The notes below the pieces were generated by a model. The model ran no database searches. It was not told where the DNA came from and saw only the letters and a program-made list of their open reading frames with translations. Both the position numbers and the translations under genes were made by a program. A stretch of DNA of 64,000 nucleotides. Source: Spironucleus salmonicida (taxonomy: Eukaryota). Positions 38,957 to 52,155 of the stretch are shown in pieces. The stretch lies in the NCBI RefSeq assembly GCF_000497125.1, contig NC_090602.1, positions 806,001-870,000 of the forward strand, in the 5' to 3' direction. Within the stretch, counting starts at the first letter, position 1. Every line of letters starts with the position of its first letter.

Positions 38957-39012
38957 TTTTTGAAGTGGAAAAAAATTTGAATTATATAATTATTATATAT
39001 TTATGATCATTT

Positions 39013-40122
39013 TCACTCCACCTCATGCACCATCAGCTGCCAGCATTCCTAAACCTGGTACCGCAGCTATGCTTTCCGGCAGTACGCTCCCAGCATAAAT
39101 TTAACTTCAAATTCAGCTGAAATTTCGCACAGCCTCCCCCCGCTACCGCTAAAACACACGCTTTTCTGCAGCCGGTACGCGCGATCCCCACAGATCAGGA
39201 CACCGATTATGACCTTTTCGAAGTCCAAATGAATGTATCGGTGCCATACCACCAGCTTGGAGAGCTTCACGTGTTGCAGTCCCAGAAACTTCAGTTTCTT
39301 GCAGACATTTATTGAGCTTTCTTAATATTTAATATTAACAGTATAATAATCTGCTTTTACACTATTTGTTATTTCCAGTATCTCCAAACCGCGGTTGAGT
39401 CGCAAATCGGCGACCTGGGAGTCGCGAATCGTACAGGACCACGCAGCGTGCGGGAGGAGCAGGCATTCAACCACCGCGTTCCGCACGTCGCAGTGTGCCA
39501 CATTTTGGAGCCGCAGGTCGAGGTGGCGCACGTGCGCCGTGCGCACGAAAACTGGCGATGGCGGGACTGCCACTTTCAGGAAAAACGCCAAATCCAGCAC
39601 CTCCAGATGCTCCTACCGCGCGAGGAAGCCGTTCAGGCCGGGAATTTGGAGCGAATTTGGAGCGAACTCCAGGCAGTGCAACTTGAGGAACGTGAGGCCT
39701 GAGACGCTCCTGGTGCCAAGGCAGTCGACAGCTGAGCTGCAGATTTCGAGGTGCAGAAGCGACTGAAAAAGCGGTAATTGCGGGACGTCCACGTACGCCA
39801 GTACGAGCTTGGCGAGGTTTTCCGCTCCCCTGAGTAAATTCAGGAGGCTCTCGGTGTTGACGCAGTTCCGCTCCAAATTAAAAGCCAGAATTTTCAGAGT
39901 TTCCAGGCACTTTCTGTGTGTTACGGACAGGTTGTCGATTCTAGTGAATACGAGGGCCAAGTGGTGTATTTCGGCATTTATCGTCAGCGCTAAAATCCGC
40001 ATGTTCTTATACAGGACGCTTTCGGCATCTATCGCGCTGTCACGGTAAAAGTTGAATCCTGGAAGTAAAAACTGTCTTTCGTGCAGCACAACTTGATGAA
40101 ATGACGTGTTAGTCAGGTCCAT
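39013..40122 (-). CDS. Leucine-rich-repeat-like protein (369 aa)
   Basis: Repeated LxxLxI/L patterns; joins track fragments 39613-40122, 39322-39600 and 39067-39270 region; ends GGAGTGA. Confidence 0.55.
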
Positions 40123-40573
40123 TTACGGATTTCTGGTGGAAAGAATGACTGAATATTATAGTCAGCTGCGTAAATACGGGAGTGGCAACTGCCATATTCA
40201 GAAAATATATAATAATTAGTTTTTATGAGTGTAGAATGGTGGAAGAATATGGATATATAGGATATATAAGTGTAGGTAATAGAAATGGGGGAAAATGGGA
40301 GGGGAGTGGGGGTTAGAAATAATATATGTGTGTAGGTATATTAATATTAATAAGAGTGAGAATAAGAATATCAATATCAATATCAATATCAATATCAATA
40401 TCAATATGTGCTCTGATGGGGCGCATGCTGTACAGACTGGTGGGTGTAGGATGGTTGACACTCGGACTCTGACTGCTACAAAGAAGGTAGAATCATGGGA
40501 ATCTGATCGCGGAAAGTGGAAGGCGGGGAAACTTGGTATTATATATGCAGAACGCCAGGCGCGCCCTGCCGAA

Positions 40574-41470
40574 ATGACCCAGATGCACGTAATTGCCGCG
40601 GAGGCCGAGTACGGCGCCATCAAGTTCGGCTGGAACACCGCCATCATCTGTGTCGACTACGTGGACGAGCAGCTGGTGCTGATGTCGAAGCAGGTCGGGT
40701 ACGTCGTGAAGTCCCCCAAGCCCAGCCCCGCCCTTACGGCCGTCTTCAACAGCATGAAGACGGTGTTCTCCCTGGAGCACTTCGACGACCTGGCCTTCGT
40801 TTTCAACTTCGGCGCGGAGAGCACCTACCGCAAGGAGCTGTTCCCCAGCCGCGTCGAGGGCGGGGCCGCCCATCAGCACATCGAGGAGTTCATTACCGAG
40901 TTCCTGCGCAACAGGGCAGCACTCGGGCAGCCCAAGATGGCCATCCAGATTGCTAGTCCGGCGGCGCCACAGGCCAGCAGGGACGAGCGCGGCGAGCTGG
41001 TCATATTCGGCCAGCGCGTGGGCTTCTCGATCGTGGTGAGCCCCGAAGACTACGCGAAGGTCCGGGTGTCCGGGAAGGTCGTGTTCGACTGCCTCGTGAC
41101 GGAGGACCAGGAGATCGAGCTGCTGCAGATCCTGGACGAGACGCTCCACCTGTACATCATCCTGGCACCGGAGGACCAGAACCTGCAGGCCATCCAGAAG
41201 TGCATGGCGGCCGCGCACTACCTTCCGATCCCCGACGACATGGCGACGGCCAACGCCTTCTTCTGCGTCGACGGCAGCCGCCAGCAGGCCGTGTACGACC
41301 TCATCGACGACGCCTCGCTGTTCGACAGATTCGGCTGCAGCCCCACGGAGTATGTCGAGCCCGCGGACAACGAGAACGAGATCCAGGACGTGCAGAACAA
41401 CCTGCGGTACTACGCCGAGGAGCTGGTCCTGGCCATGCGCGTGCTGCTGGGGCCGTCGGGCGCGGAGTGA
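40574..41470 (+). CDS. Hypothetical 298-aa protein, copy 1
   Basis: Very strong GC3 bias from MTQMHVIAAE, ends GGAGTGA; the longer 5' extension in the track runs through a microsatellite. Confidence 0.75.
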   Translation: MTQMHVIAAEAEYGAIKFGWNTAIICVDYVDEQLVLMSKQVGYVVKSPKPSPALTAVFNSMKTVFSLEHFDDLAFVFNFGAESTYRKELFPSRVEGGAAHQHIEEFITEFLRNRAALGQPKMAIQIASPAAPQASRDERGELVIFGQRVGFSIVVSPEDYAKVRVSGKVVFDCLVTEDQEIELLQILDETLHLYIILAPEDQNLQAIQKCMAAAHYLPIPDDMATANAFFCVDGSRQQAVYDLIDDASLFDRFGCSPTEYVEPADNENEIQDVQNNLRYYAEELVLAMRVLLGPSGAE

Positions 41471-41572
41471 GGTTCAGCGGTTTCTGAGGGCAGTGCGATG
41501 CGCCCCCACTCCGGGCCGGACGCAATGGCGCCAGGGGATCTATCCCTAGCCTCCGCTCCACCCCCATCCGAA

Positions 41573-41806
41573 ATGTACCAGAACGAGATCCGGAAGAACT
41601 CGTCCTCGCTGCTCATGCTCGGCTCGGCGGGGCTCACGACCGAGGGGGGCATCGAGCAGAGGCGCGGGAAGCAGCAGGTCCAGGCCCGGCAGCGGGAGGA
41701 CGGGCAGGCCGGGCGCGAGCAGCGGGAGAGGGCGCTGCTGGACTTCGCGGCGCTGCTGGACTCGGAGGAGTCGCTGGAGGTGTACGAGCGGCTGGCGCTG
41801 GAGTGA
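41573..41806 (+). CDS. 77-aa orphan protein (MYQNEIRKNSSSLL...), copy 1 of 4
   Basis: GC3-rich, C-rich leader, ends GGAGTGA; diverged paralogue at 49779-49994. Confidence 0.7.
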   Translation: MYQNEIRKNSSSLLMLGSAGLTTEGGIEQRRGKQQVQARQREDGQAGREQRERALLDFAALLDSEESLEVYERLALE

Positions 41807-41886
41807 GCGGCGGCGTCCGGTGCCTGGTGGGGAGTAGGTGCCCCTCCGCCCAGTAAGTGCGCGCTGCCACTGGAAATGCCAAAATG

Positions 41887-41958
41887 CGCGGTTACCGGGA
41901 ATTGAACCCGGGTCTCGCACGTGACAAGCGCAAATACTTACCACTATACTATAACCGC
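41887..41958 (-). tRNA. tRNA-Asp(GTC)
   Basis: 72-nt cloverleaf GCGGTTA...TAACCGC-G, anticodon loop TTGTCAC, GGTTCAATTCC T-arm, TTTT downstream. Confidence 0.97.
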
Positions 41959-42196
41959 ATGCCAAATGGCCCTTTGCCCAGGACCCGCCCGGTAATGTCC
42001 CACGCTCGCCCATGTAGGCCCGGCCGAACTTTGTCAGGTTTGGTGCGCGCATGCTTTCGTTGGGGGCTGATATGCGAGGAACCCTTGGCCTCATCGGTGC
42101 TACGAGACTAATCGCCAAGGAATGCTAGTCTAGGCCTCTTGCACCGGAACGACAGGCGGGCGACGCTTCCTGCTCAGCTGCATCCCACAACACGCA

Positions 42197-42541
42197 ATGA
42201 AAATTTTTGTGACAAGCAGCCACTGCGCGAGTGTAAGAGCGAAGCTTAGCGCGCTGAATGTGCTGGTGGCCCATGGCACAGTATGCCAGATGCACCATGG
42301 CCAGGAAGCGCTATCCCTAGAGTTTGGCGCCGGCATCGCGTAGCCCGTGCTGCAGCTGCTGGAAACCCTATACGTGATGGGCTTGGTTGACGAGGTGATC
42401 CCCAGGGGCCTAACGCTGGCCAAACAGCTGCAGGCGGTGCACCGCGGCATCCTGCCACTGCGGGACTGCAACTGCTTTTTTGCTGACGACACGGAGGGCG
42501 CACGCGGCTTGGAGCAGCAGCCTGAAAACCTGAGAAGCTGA
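42197..42541 (+). CDS. Hypothetical 114-aa protein (copy at 51421-51765 minus)
   Basis: MKIFVTSSHC...; open with TAG=Gln in both copies. Confidence 0.45.
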
Positions 42542-42558
42542 CTTAGTAAGTTATTTGG

Positions 42559-42705
42559 TCACTGCGAACGCTCCGCGAACACCTTGAGCGCCTTGGGCTC
42601 CGCTATGTCGTCGTTGGTGATTTCCTAGATGGCGTCCTTCCGGTACCAGTACGGGAATCGTCCGCAGCAGACTGTTTGGGCATCCACCTAAGCCATGAAA
42701 TCCAT
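42559..42705 (-). CDS. Hypothetical 48-aa peptide (copy at 51257-51403 plus)
   Basis: AT tract plus CCACTCT leader, ends CAGTGA; a CGG/CGA difference between copies is synonymous. Confidence 0.5.
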
Positions 42706-43219
42706 TGTAGCCGTTAGTAGAGAGTGGGTATAAATAAATAAATAAAATAAAGTTAACGCCTGCTAGACACTATTCCAAGTCATGTCGCTGTGCACTGCCT
42801 CAGGGTCTCCCCTTTTGTGGAGGGCTTACTCTTGCATTCATTAGAAATTAGTGATCACTCTTCAACAACGTTGACTTCGAACTCCTTCGTACCATAGGCA
42901 ACGGCGGTGTGCTAGGATCTCTGTGAGGCCCAGCGCGAGGTTGGTTGTGGTTCCTCTCGGAAACACGGAGTCTGGGCTCGCACGTACCCTATACTAAACC
43001 CGCGCGGCCCCATCCCCAGCACGGCAAATACCAGCCCGGAAGCCCGAAATCGCTAGCACTGCCTTCAAGCCGCTGCCGTAATGCCCCCACCTTCTCGCAG
43101 CCCCGCGGCCTACCCTTTCCCTCGGATCCAGCCTCTCCCCATTTCCATTCCGACGACCCCTCCACTACCTCTTATATCGAATCTATTATCCATTGAACCC
43201 CACAAAATCAACTCCCAAA

Positions 43220-43534
43220 ATGAAGTTTCTAAACAAACACTTCCAGTCCATCGCGAAGACGACCGGTAAGGTTCAGAAGCTCAAACTGGCCAACAGGGCC
43301 AGCGTTTTTAGCGCAGAGACCGAGCTTTTCGGTCTCTGTGTCTACCAGCACTTCTCCGGCACCGTGTCCACGGAGCGCCCGTCGCCCTACTGCCCCTTCA
43401 CGTTCCAAAAGGCGCCCTACTGCGATTAGCGTACCGGAATCCATTACGCAAACCAGGCAGTATATAAGATAATCGACTCGTTCGACAAGAGCCAAATCCT
43501 CACGTTCGAGAACCTCAGGAAGCCATTGAAGTGA
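43220..43534 (+). CDS. YL1 C-terminal-domain protein (Ies6/INO80C-like, 104 aa)
   Basis: PYCPFTFQKAPYCD[TAG=Q]RTGIHYANQAVYKII resembles the YL1_C motif CxITGxPAxYxDPxTGLxY; ends AAGTGA. Confidence 0.7.
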
Positions 43535-43595
43535 GCAATTCGTTTGCCGGAAAGAGGACTTTCCACTCCTTTAAACAAAAATCTCCCTAAAACGA

Positions 43596-45257
43596 TCACC
43601 GTCGCCCCAAGGCTTTCAGGATCTCCAGGAGCACCAGGAGGATCACGAACGACACGAAGAAGGCGATCCGCTTCGCGTATGCGTTCGGCTCTAGGACGTA
43701 CCGCGCCGCTATGTGGCCATTAATGACTGTCCCAGTCAAGCCGCCACCGGGGCTGCCCCAGCAGGACGAGAACATCAGGTTCTGGAACAGCTCACAGCAC
43801 GTTTTCGCGCGGTGCGCGGCCCCAAAAAACTAGGGTGCCCACCCGTGCGGGCTCGAGCTGGACGTGCGGGCCTGCAATCCGTCTGGCGTGAAAATTTCAA
43901 AGTGCGAAACTACGCTTTAGATTCCTGGATAGTGGGCCTCCAGACGTACGAAATATGCTTGCAAAATGGCTTGTTTTTGGGCTTCAATTTGCGACTCGGT
44001 CATATTTTTCCACTCTTATATATGGCTCACGAAAACTAGGCAGCACATCGTAACGCTAGGGCTGGTGAGCCTAGAATCAATTTTGGAATGGTCGATAAAC
44101 ATGAAGTCCCGTGAAAGAATATCCTCTTAACGGTTTTCATAGTCTAGTTTATCGTCTAAATTGCTGATAATAAATGTTTAGTACAAATTATTAGGGAATA
44201 ATGTATTTAAATCAACCGATACTTGAAAGTGAATGTCCACAAATGATGATCCTACCTTTGCTGGTTTAAATTTACGCTGAACTAGGCTATCTTGGTATTA
44301 TTGATTAAATTTTATGGGCAGTAGAGCATTGAAGACCACTTCTGGTGAGCAATTGCAAATAATTTTGTTTTTAACTGCTTATTTCGCTAGAAATACATTA
44401 AATATACGACCGGTTGTGTTTTCACAACATTAAACACCTATGCAGAGTGGAATTTTCGTATTTTCATCCTAAAGCAGTATTTTGTTTACGCAAGTATTAT
44501 AAATTACCTAACCACCATTATTGTTAATTGTTTTTACCAGATGATCTATAAGTTTAGCACTTCCTCCTTAAATAACACAACTTTGATCGTAATAGCTTGC
44601 TTATCGCATACTGTGATAAACTAGGTTAACTTCATAGGGATTGTCTCCATAAAACATTATATTGGCATTTAATATATTTTTTAGTTTCTCATCCTTGATA
44701 TGCTTATCCATCCATCCTTTTGCAGTATGTTTCCATTACATGGGATAATTGATATCTGCTGCTCTATATAACATAAATATAGAAAACATCATGTAATTCA
44801 TATCAATTGGCAAACATGCTGTATTAAATTACAATGATCGAATTCGCGAAAAATATCGCTTTATACCACGTTTCGACGCAGGAAATTATTATATTAAATA
44901 ATTTTTCGCATTATTAAATCCGGCTGGAATTTTATATGATTAATTGGAGTCTTTAACATCATATAAATAATTTGAAGAAACAAGGTTGATAACATGATTT
45001 AAACCTAATTTCCTAAAAATAGAATGCTTAGCATCACATAAAGGAATTCCATTATCTATTGAATACAAAAAATCATGTTTTTATGAAGCTTAATGTTGAA
45101 TATTAATAGAACCACCTGGAAATGAATTTTATTCAATAACAAGGCATTTTTAATGACTAAGTGATATTTCTGCAGCAGCTATAAGTCCAGATATTCCAGA
45201 ACCAATTATTATATGATCAAAATATGCATTATCATGGACTTACGGATTGAAGATCAT
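43596..45257 (-). CDS. FAD-dependent oxidoreductase, phytoene desaturase/retinol saturase-like (553 aa) with C-terminal TM helix
   Basis: DHIIIGSGISGLIAAA...VIEQNSFPGG, IQGGSAKLIDHL...NGGQV, YPGI...IFTP, WGSPGGGLTG...GHIAA. Confidence 0.85.
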
Positions 45258-45759
45258 TTTTTGAAATAGTCATATATTAATATAGTTTTAAGAATAAACT
45301 ATCCTTTTCTACCATCCTTAATAAATTTTACGGATTATTTATTAATATTTATAAAAGATACAGACGGTTATATTAAAACAAGTCATATTATCCATTACTA
45401 TCTATATCTTTGGTTGACAAGTAGTACTATCGACCTAATAAATGAAAATAACACTAATTTATCACTCTGATGAATATATTGTGAATAATTAAGCAAATAA
45501 AATTGTATTATTAAGTCTTAATACTAAAAAGTATATACTGATAACTGAATAATAACCTGGATGGATATAATCATTATTATCAAACAAAATATTAATTTAT
45601 AATTAATCTAAATTTTAAAACTACTAATGTTTATTTTTATTAAATTATAGCTAACAATATCTCGTAATAATGTATTGCATAAAAATGAAGTATGGTAATT
45701 CTATTTATATATTTAATAATATTGTTATATTAAAATTAAGGTTAGTGATACTCTTTTTA

Positions 45760-46041
45760 ATGAAATACAAAACTCATTCTAACTATTAATTAATATAATT
45801 AAGCAAAGAACATGTTGTAAGAAAAATAGGTATAACTCGCGAATAGTTTTCTATGCTAACATAGGCATAAAAATCTTATTCTGATGCTCTTTCACAATAA
45901 ATTTCTCCGTTATATTTTATTGAGTATAACCATCAAATATATTCAGTATTATAACTGGCTAGAGGGGATAAATTGCTCGGAATATTAGAAGGACAGGAAA
46001 GATTTCCATTAGAAGCAATCTTATTTAAAAATATTCAGTGA
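45760..46041 (+). CDS. Hypothetical 93-aa protein
   Basis: Open with TAR=Gln, ends CAGTGA. Confidence 0.45.
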
Positions 46042-49000
46042 TAAATTTGATATAAAAATTAAATAGATTCCAAAATTTAATATTTATTCATTATTTTTCA
46101 TTTAGCATAATTCATACATTCATTTGATTTCACGACTAATCTAGTTTATTTAACAGTTATAATAACTTTAAATAACTAATTGAAACAATTGAAACCTTAC
46201 TCGGAATCATATTTTCAAATAAATAAGTTCTTAAAATAAAATTAATATTTTAATAGATTACATTGATAGTATTATAATCTCTAATAATACTAGTTAAAAT
46301 AACAATAAACTTGATAAAAATTAAATTAATAATTTATATACAACTAAATACTATTTAGTAGAATAAACGAATAGAAAATAATTTACATTGCACTTAGACA
46401 ATAATTATTAAAAATAAGATAATAAGTAGTCTAGAGTTAATCATTATAACTTAAAATTTTATTAGAAATTAAATTAACATAATATTTTATACATTTTATA
46501 TCTAAAATTGATTTAATAAATTAACAAACCATTCTTATTAAATTATTTAAAATTTAAAATATAATTTTAGTATATTGTTTTTTATAGTTTATTATTATAA
46601 ATGAATTCTAAATAGTAATTTAATAGTTTTATATCAATATATTTCATTATTATATGGTGATGAGTAATATGTTTATCATAATAATTAATCTATTTACATT
46701 GTGCTATAAGATTCATCAATACCTACAGACAGGTCTGATACTTATTCTTCCAAATGATAGAGAAGTTATTGTTTTACGTTGATATATATTAAGGTACAGT
46801 ATTTAATTAAGTATTATTGAACTAAATTTGACTAAACAAAAAGTATACTTTTACGCTAATAAGAAGTATATTTAATCCTTTGAACAGTTTAAGAAGTTAT
46901 TATTTTCCCCATAATATACATAATAAGGTTTTGTTAAAAAATATAATTAATTTAACATGATTTGATTGTTAATATTTCTTTAGCTTTAGTTTAAAAATTA
47001 TGCAGTCTAATATACAAAATTCAATATTTTTAGTTTTTACATCTCTTTTTAAAGTACCAACAATAAAGTACTTTAGTTGAAATACTAACACTATTAATAA
47101 AATTTATGGAGTTTGTTGACGTTATTAAACAGGTAAATATACTTACAATAGTAAGAACTAACAATAATTAATTTCTAATAATCTTTTAAAATATTATTTG
47201 TGGGTAAATTACTAAAGAAAATAAAAGTTATAGATAATTTCACTAATTCCTAAAAATATGTATAAACTCAATGATTATATTATGTTCTTGCTAAATTTCC
47301 GTTACAATTTCTTTCGTAATGAAGTTTTTGATATCTTTATAATCGTTTTATTTATTTTCTTATTGTCTCTTAAGGTAATAAAATTTAAATTTAATTTAGT
47401 TAACACTTAGTTGAGGGAAATATAGGGCCTGTATGATTATCCATTACTAGCCTTATTTTTCAACAGCCTGCTACAAAGTGCTTTTATCTTATTCAGTCCA
47501 GTGATAATTTACAATTTATGTAAAATTTAAAAAAATGATAGAAGTAATTAATATAAATATTATCTGAAAAAGTAAAATCACAACTATTTTAGTCTATAAT
47601 TAGCGTTTATTTAATGATATTTTATTATCGATTGTTACGTAAATACTTTGAAAACATATTTTCCTAATATTTTAAGCTACAAATTACATTATTTAATACT
47701 TAAATCGGAGTACTACTATCATAGCTTTATGTAAATTTTTCCTTCCACATTTTTTACTTCTCTGAAACTGTACTCAGTGCATTATATCAGGTTCAATTTA
47801 TACTACAAATTTTCCAATTAACAGATTACACAATATTCCCAATTGCAGCAACGGCGCAATTAAGCGAATTAACATATAAAAACCACTAAATTCAAATTAT
47901 TGCACTGAAGATGCAGCGCTGGCAATTTCTGCAGCCTGGCTTTCCCGATTTGAAATTAATATTCTACTACTAATTTTGCAAATTATATATTGCGAAAGCG
48001 ACCGCAATCGCGTCCAGCCCATTTTTATGATCTTTTATGATCAGCAAATTGCTCAGATTTTGCGAAATGCCATACCGGCTCTTAAACGGTAAAAAACAGT
48101 TTTTCAAACTGTGAAAATACAACATTCGCAGTACTATCTTTTGCTGTAAAGTATCCATTCCTTTTAGTTAAAGGACAGAAACAGCTGCTCCGAGTGAGAA
48201 TATACAAAGTATATAATATTATATAATATTATATATTATTTCAAATTACCCATTCCTCGCGTGAATTATTTTTTAAAAAACCGCGAATTTTAGCTGCAAA
48301 TACAATCAAAATCGACCAGGAAATTGATATTTTGCTCTCCTAAAACGAAATTTGGAACGCGTTTTAACCTTCAAATTCGCATTTTCTGGACCGTCAAAAT
48401 CTCGAAATTTGAGCAATTAGCCGCTAAAGCAAAGCTAATAAAAATGCTAAAGGGCGGTTTGGCCTTTCTATAAAGCAGTAGCGCTGAAAATATTTCTAGT
48501 CAAAAGCGTGTTATATCAGTTAATTTACAGGCTTAAAACTTAATTAAATGACTGGAAATAGGGCGGAACTGATGCAGTAAAACGTCAATTTAATCGTTTT
48601 TATAGTGCACTTGCGAGGCGAAAACTTAGCAGTTAATTTGTTGAAGTCAATTCGAACAGCTGAGTTTTGTGTTAAAGAATGCAAATGTCATATGTAGATG
48701 CTAAAATTGAGCCTAATCGTTTGCTCAAGAATTGCAGCAGTAGAAATTAGCAGTTAGTTCATTATCAAGCTATATTAGCATAATTAAGGATAGGTAAAAA
48801 CTTAATTAAATCAAATAGTGCGGTAATTTGCCTAACTTAATGCACCAAAAAGTAATAGTAAATATTATTCTATATCGTATTTTTACGGATAATACCATAT
48901 TAAGAAGTTCTGTATTCGAGTTTTTATTAGGCAATACACAATTAATAAAATTTTAATTACGCTATAACTATATCTAATTTAATCTGAATTTATGACTAAG

Positions 49001-49778
49001 TTATGCAAATTTTAGGTTGAGGGGTTTTGTTAGTTCCCTTTACATATCTGAGTTAAAATTATTATAATACATTATTCTTATAAGTATTATATAGAATCAT
49101 ACAATTTTATTATAATGATATATTTGATAATAGAGTTTTATTTATTAATATTTGGTGAATCAAATAACACAAAGAATTCTATTTATTATGCGGTATTTTT
49201 AAACATGATTTATATACTAAAATGAAGCAATAAAAGTCTATTATAATCAATATAAGATAATCTTGATTAAATCTCAGATAATAATAATGAAAACATGATA
49301 AAATATGAAAGAACGTTTTATTTTATGTTTTTATTTTATGTAAATCTTATTATGTAATATATAATATTTCATATTTTGCAATATTAAGTGGAATAAAATA
49401 TCGGACTAGATTGCCTAATAGGTTTGCCAAGATGAAGATTTACAATAAGATGCCTTATTTTATCGTAGTTTTTGTTCTACGATGCTCAATGAACAAAACT
49501 TTAACAGATTACTCATTATATGGATTGATTGTATATAAAATTAGTCTGTAATAATATCATTAATTTACGAAAATGTTTAATGTATACTATCTATAGCAAA
49601 ACCACATTAAATGTAAAGACGAAAATACAAGGCTATTATATTACTATCTCAAATTAATAATATATTATTAAGGTGTACTCTGTAAAATATTATTATTATT
49701 CAATATAAAAATGATTCATATTTTATTCAATCATGGTTTATTATACAATATATAAGAATTTGTTTCGTCAATTTAAAA

Positions 49779-49994
49779 ATGTATAAAGATTTATTAAGAA
49801 GAAATACTTCCTCTATACTTAATTTAACAGCTGCTGGATTAAATACAGATTCATAGATGGAGGAAAAGAGATCATAGTTTAAATTAAACAGTGGTCAATA
49901 TTTTAAAGAGGCCTTCATTGAGTTCGATGTTGATAAATAATTTGGTGATTACTCAAATTCTAATGATAATTATGAAAAAATAATATTTAAGTGA
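49779..49994 (+). CDS. 71-aa AT-rich paralogue of the MYQNEIRKN family
   Basis: MYKDLLRRNTSSILNLTAAGLNT...YEKIIFK aligns with MYQNEIRKNSSSLLMLGSAGLTT...YERLALE; ends AAGTGA. Confidence 0.65.
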
Positions 49995-50322
49995 GTTAAT
50001 ATTATCATATTAATGATTATGGCATGAATAGTATACAAATTTTTCAAAGTATAATTTAATAGATTTTAATATACTTTAAATTTGTCCATATTTTATACGA
50101 AAACGTATAAATTGCCCAAATTTGATATTAGAAATCGGTTATTGATTGATTACTTTCGAATTAGTAGTCCTCTTTTAAAGATTATAAATACTTATTTTAA
50201 ATATATAGTTTATAAATTAGTAGAAACTTTAAAAAATATCGCATAATATCTACGTTGGAGTTTAAAAATATTTATACATAATTATCATTATAATTTACTA
50301 TATCTACTCACCATTCCACATA

Positions 50323-50535
50323 ATGGGATCTGGTGTATAAATGTTAGAGGCAAAAGCAATAAATTAAATCACCTACAAGCCTAGTTCTACTGAAATAATA
50401 TATATGTCTCCTTTAATGATTACAAATATGACGTATTCTTCTAGCTGTGCTACTATTAATGGTTCAGTGCTAAGATCTTCATTAGTAAGCCTCGACCTAG
50501 AGGATGACTAATAATCCGAAATTTATAACTTTTGA
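50323..50535 (+). CDS. Hypothetical 70-aa protein starting Met-Gly
   Basis: CCATTCC leader, MGSGVQML..., TGA stop. Confidence 0.5.
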
Positions 50536-52003
50536 TGAGTATTATATTTGATAGTAGTAGAGTGGATATAGAGTATATTTTATAGTGATTTTTTAAATTA
50601 AACATATTTTTTTAATTTCTCTTAAAATGAATTCGAAGTAAGTTTTTCTTAAATTAACACATAAATATAGTAAGTATAGAAACTAATAGTTATGAACTGA
50701 TTGCTGTCTGATCAGCAGAGTAAAAGTGCTTGTTTAGAAACTTCATTTTGGGAGTTGATTTTGTGGGGTTCAATGGATAATAGATTCCATATATAAGAGG
50801 TAGTGGAGGGGTCGTCGGAATGGAAATGGGGAGAGGCTGGATCCGAGGGAAAGGGTAGGCCGCGGGGCTGCGAGAAGGTGGGGGCATTACGGCAGCGGCT
50901 TGAAGGCAGTGCTAGCGATTTCGGGCTTCGGGCTGTATTTGCCGTGCTGGGGATGGGGCCGCGCGGGTTTAGTATAGGGTACGTGCGAGCCCAGACTCCG
51001 TGTTTCCGAGAGGAACCACAACCAACCTCGCGCTGGGCCTCACAGAGATCCTAGCACACCGCCGTTGCCTATGGTACGAAGGAGTTCGAAGTCAACGTTG
51101 TTGAAGAGTGATCACTAATTTCTAATGAATGCAAGAGTAAGCCCTCCACAAAAGGGGAGACCCTGAGGCAGTGCACAGCGACATGACTTGGAATAGTGTC
51201 TAGCAGGCGTTAACTTTATTTTATTTATTTATACCCACTCTCTACTAACGGCTACAATGGATTTCATGGCTTAGGTGGATGCCCAAACAGTCTGCTGCGG
51301 ACGATTCCCGTACTGGTACCGAAAGGACGCCATCTAGGAAATCACCAACGACGACATAGCGGAGCCCAAGGCGCTCAAGGTGTTCGCGGAGCGTTCGCAG
51401 TGACCAAATAACTTACTAAGTCAGCTTCTCAGGTTTTCAGGCTGCTGCTCCAAGCCGCGTGCGCCCTCCGTGTCGTCAGCAAAAAAGCAGTTGCAGTCCC
51501 GCAGTGGCAGGATGCCGCGGTGCACCGCCTGCAGCTGTTTGGCCAGCGTTAGGCCCCTGGGGATCACCTCGTCAACCAAGCCCATCACGTATAGGGTTTC
51601 CAGCAGCTGCAGCACGGGCTACGCGATGCCGGCGCCAAACTCTAGGGATAGCGCTTCCTGGCCATGGTGCATCTGGCATACTGTGCCATGGGCCACCAGC
51701 ACATTCAGCGCGCTAAGCCTCGCTCTTACACTCGCGCAGTGGCTGCTTGTCACAAAAATTTTCATTGCGTGTTGTGGGATGCAGCTGAGCAGGAAGCGTC
51801 GCCCGCCTGTCGTTCCGGTGCAAGAGGCCTAGACTAGCATTCCTTGGCGATTAGTCTCGTAGCACCGATGAGGCCAAGGGTTCCTCGCATATCAGCCCCC
51901 AACGAAAGCATGCGCGCACCAAACCTGGCAAAGTTCGGCCGGGCCTACATGGGCGAGCGTGGGACATTACCGGGCGGGTCCTGGGCAAAGGGCCATTTGG
52001 CAT

Positions 52004-52075
52004 GCGGTTATAGTATAGTGGTAAGTATTTGCGCTTGTCACGTGCGAGACCCGGGTTCAATTCCCGGTAACCGCG
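52004..52075 (+). tRNA. tRNA-Asp(GTC)
   Basis: Identical to 41887-41958. Confidence 0.97.
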
Positions 52076-52155
52076 CATTTTGGCATGTCCAGTGGCAGCG
52101 CGCACTTACTGGGCGGAGGGGCACCTACTCCCCACCAGGCACCGGGCGCCGCCGC

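Larger units (their letters stand above)
40232..43242. repeat. Inverted duplication arm D1 (partner 50724-53863)
   Basis: About 3 kb reverse-complement match, near-identical core and diverged ends. Confidence 0.95.

Noticed and set aside
46050-49700. Several possible long ORFs in very AT-rich DNA
   Set aside because: With only one stop codon multiple frames stay open and I recognised no motif, so no frame could be chosen.
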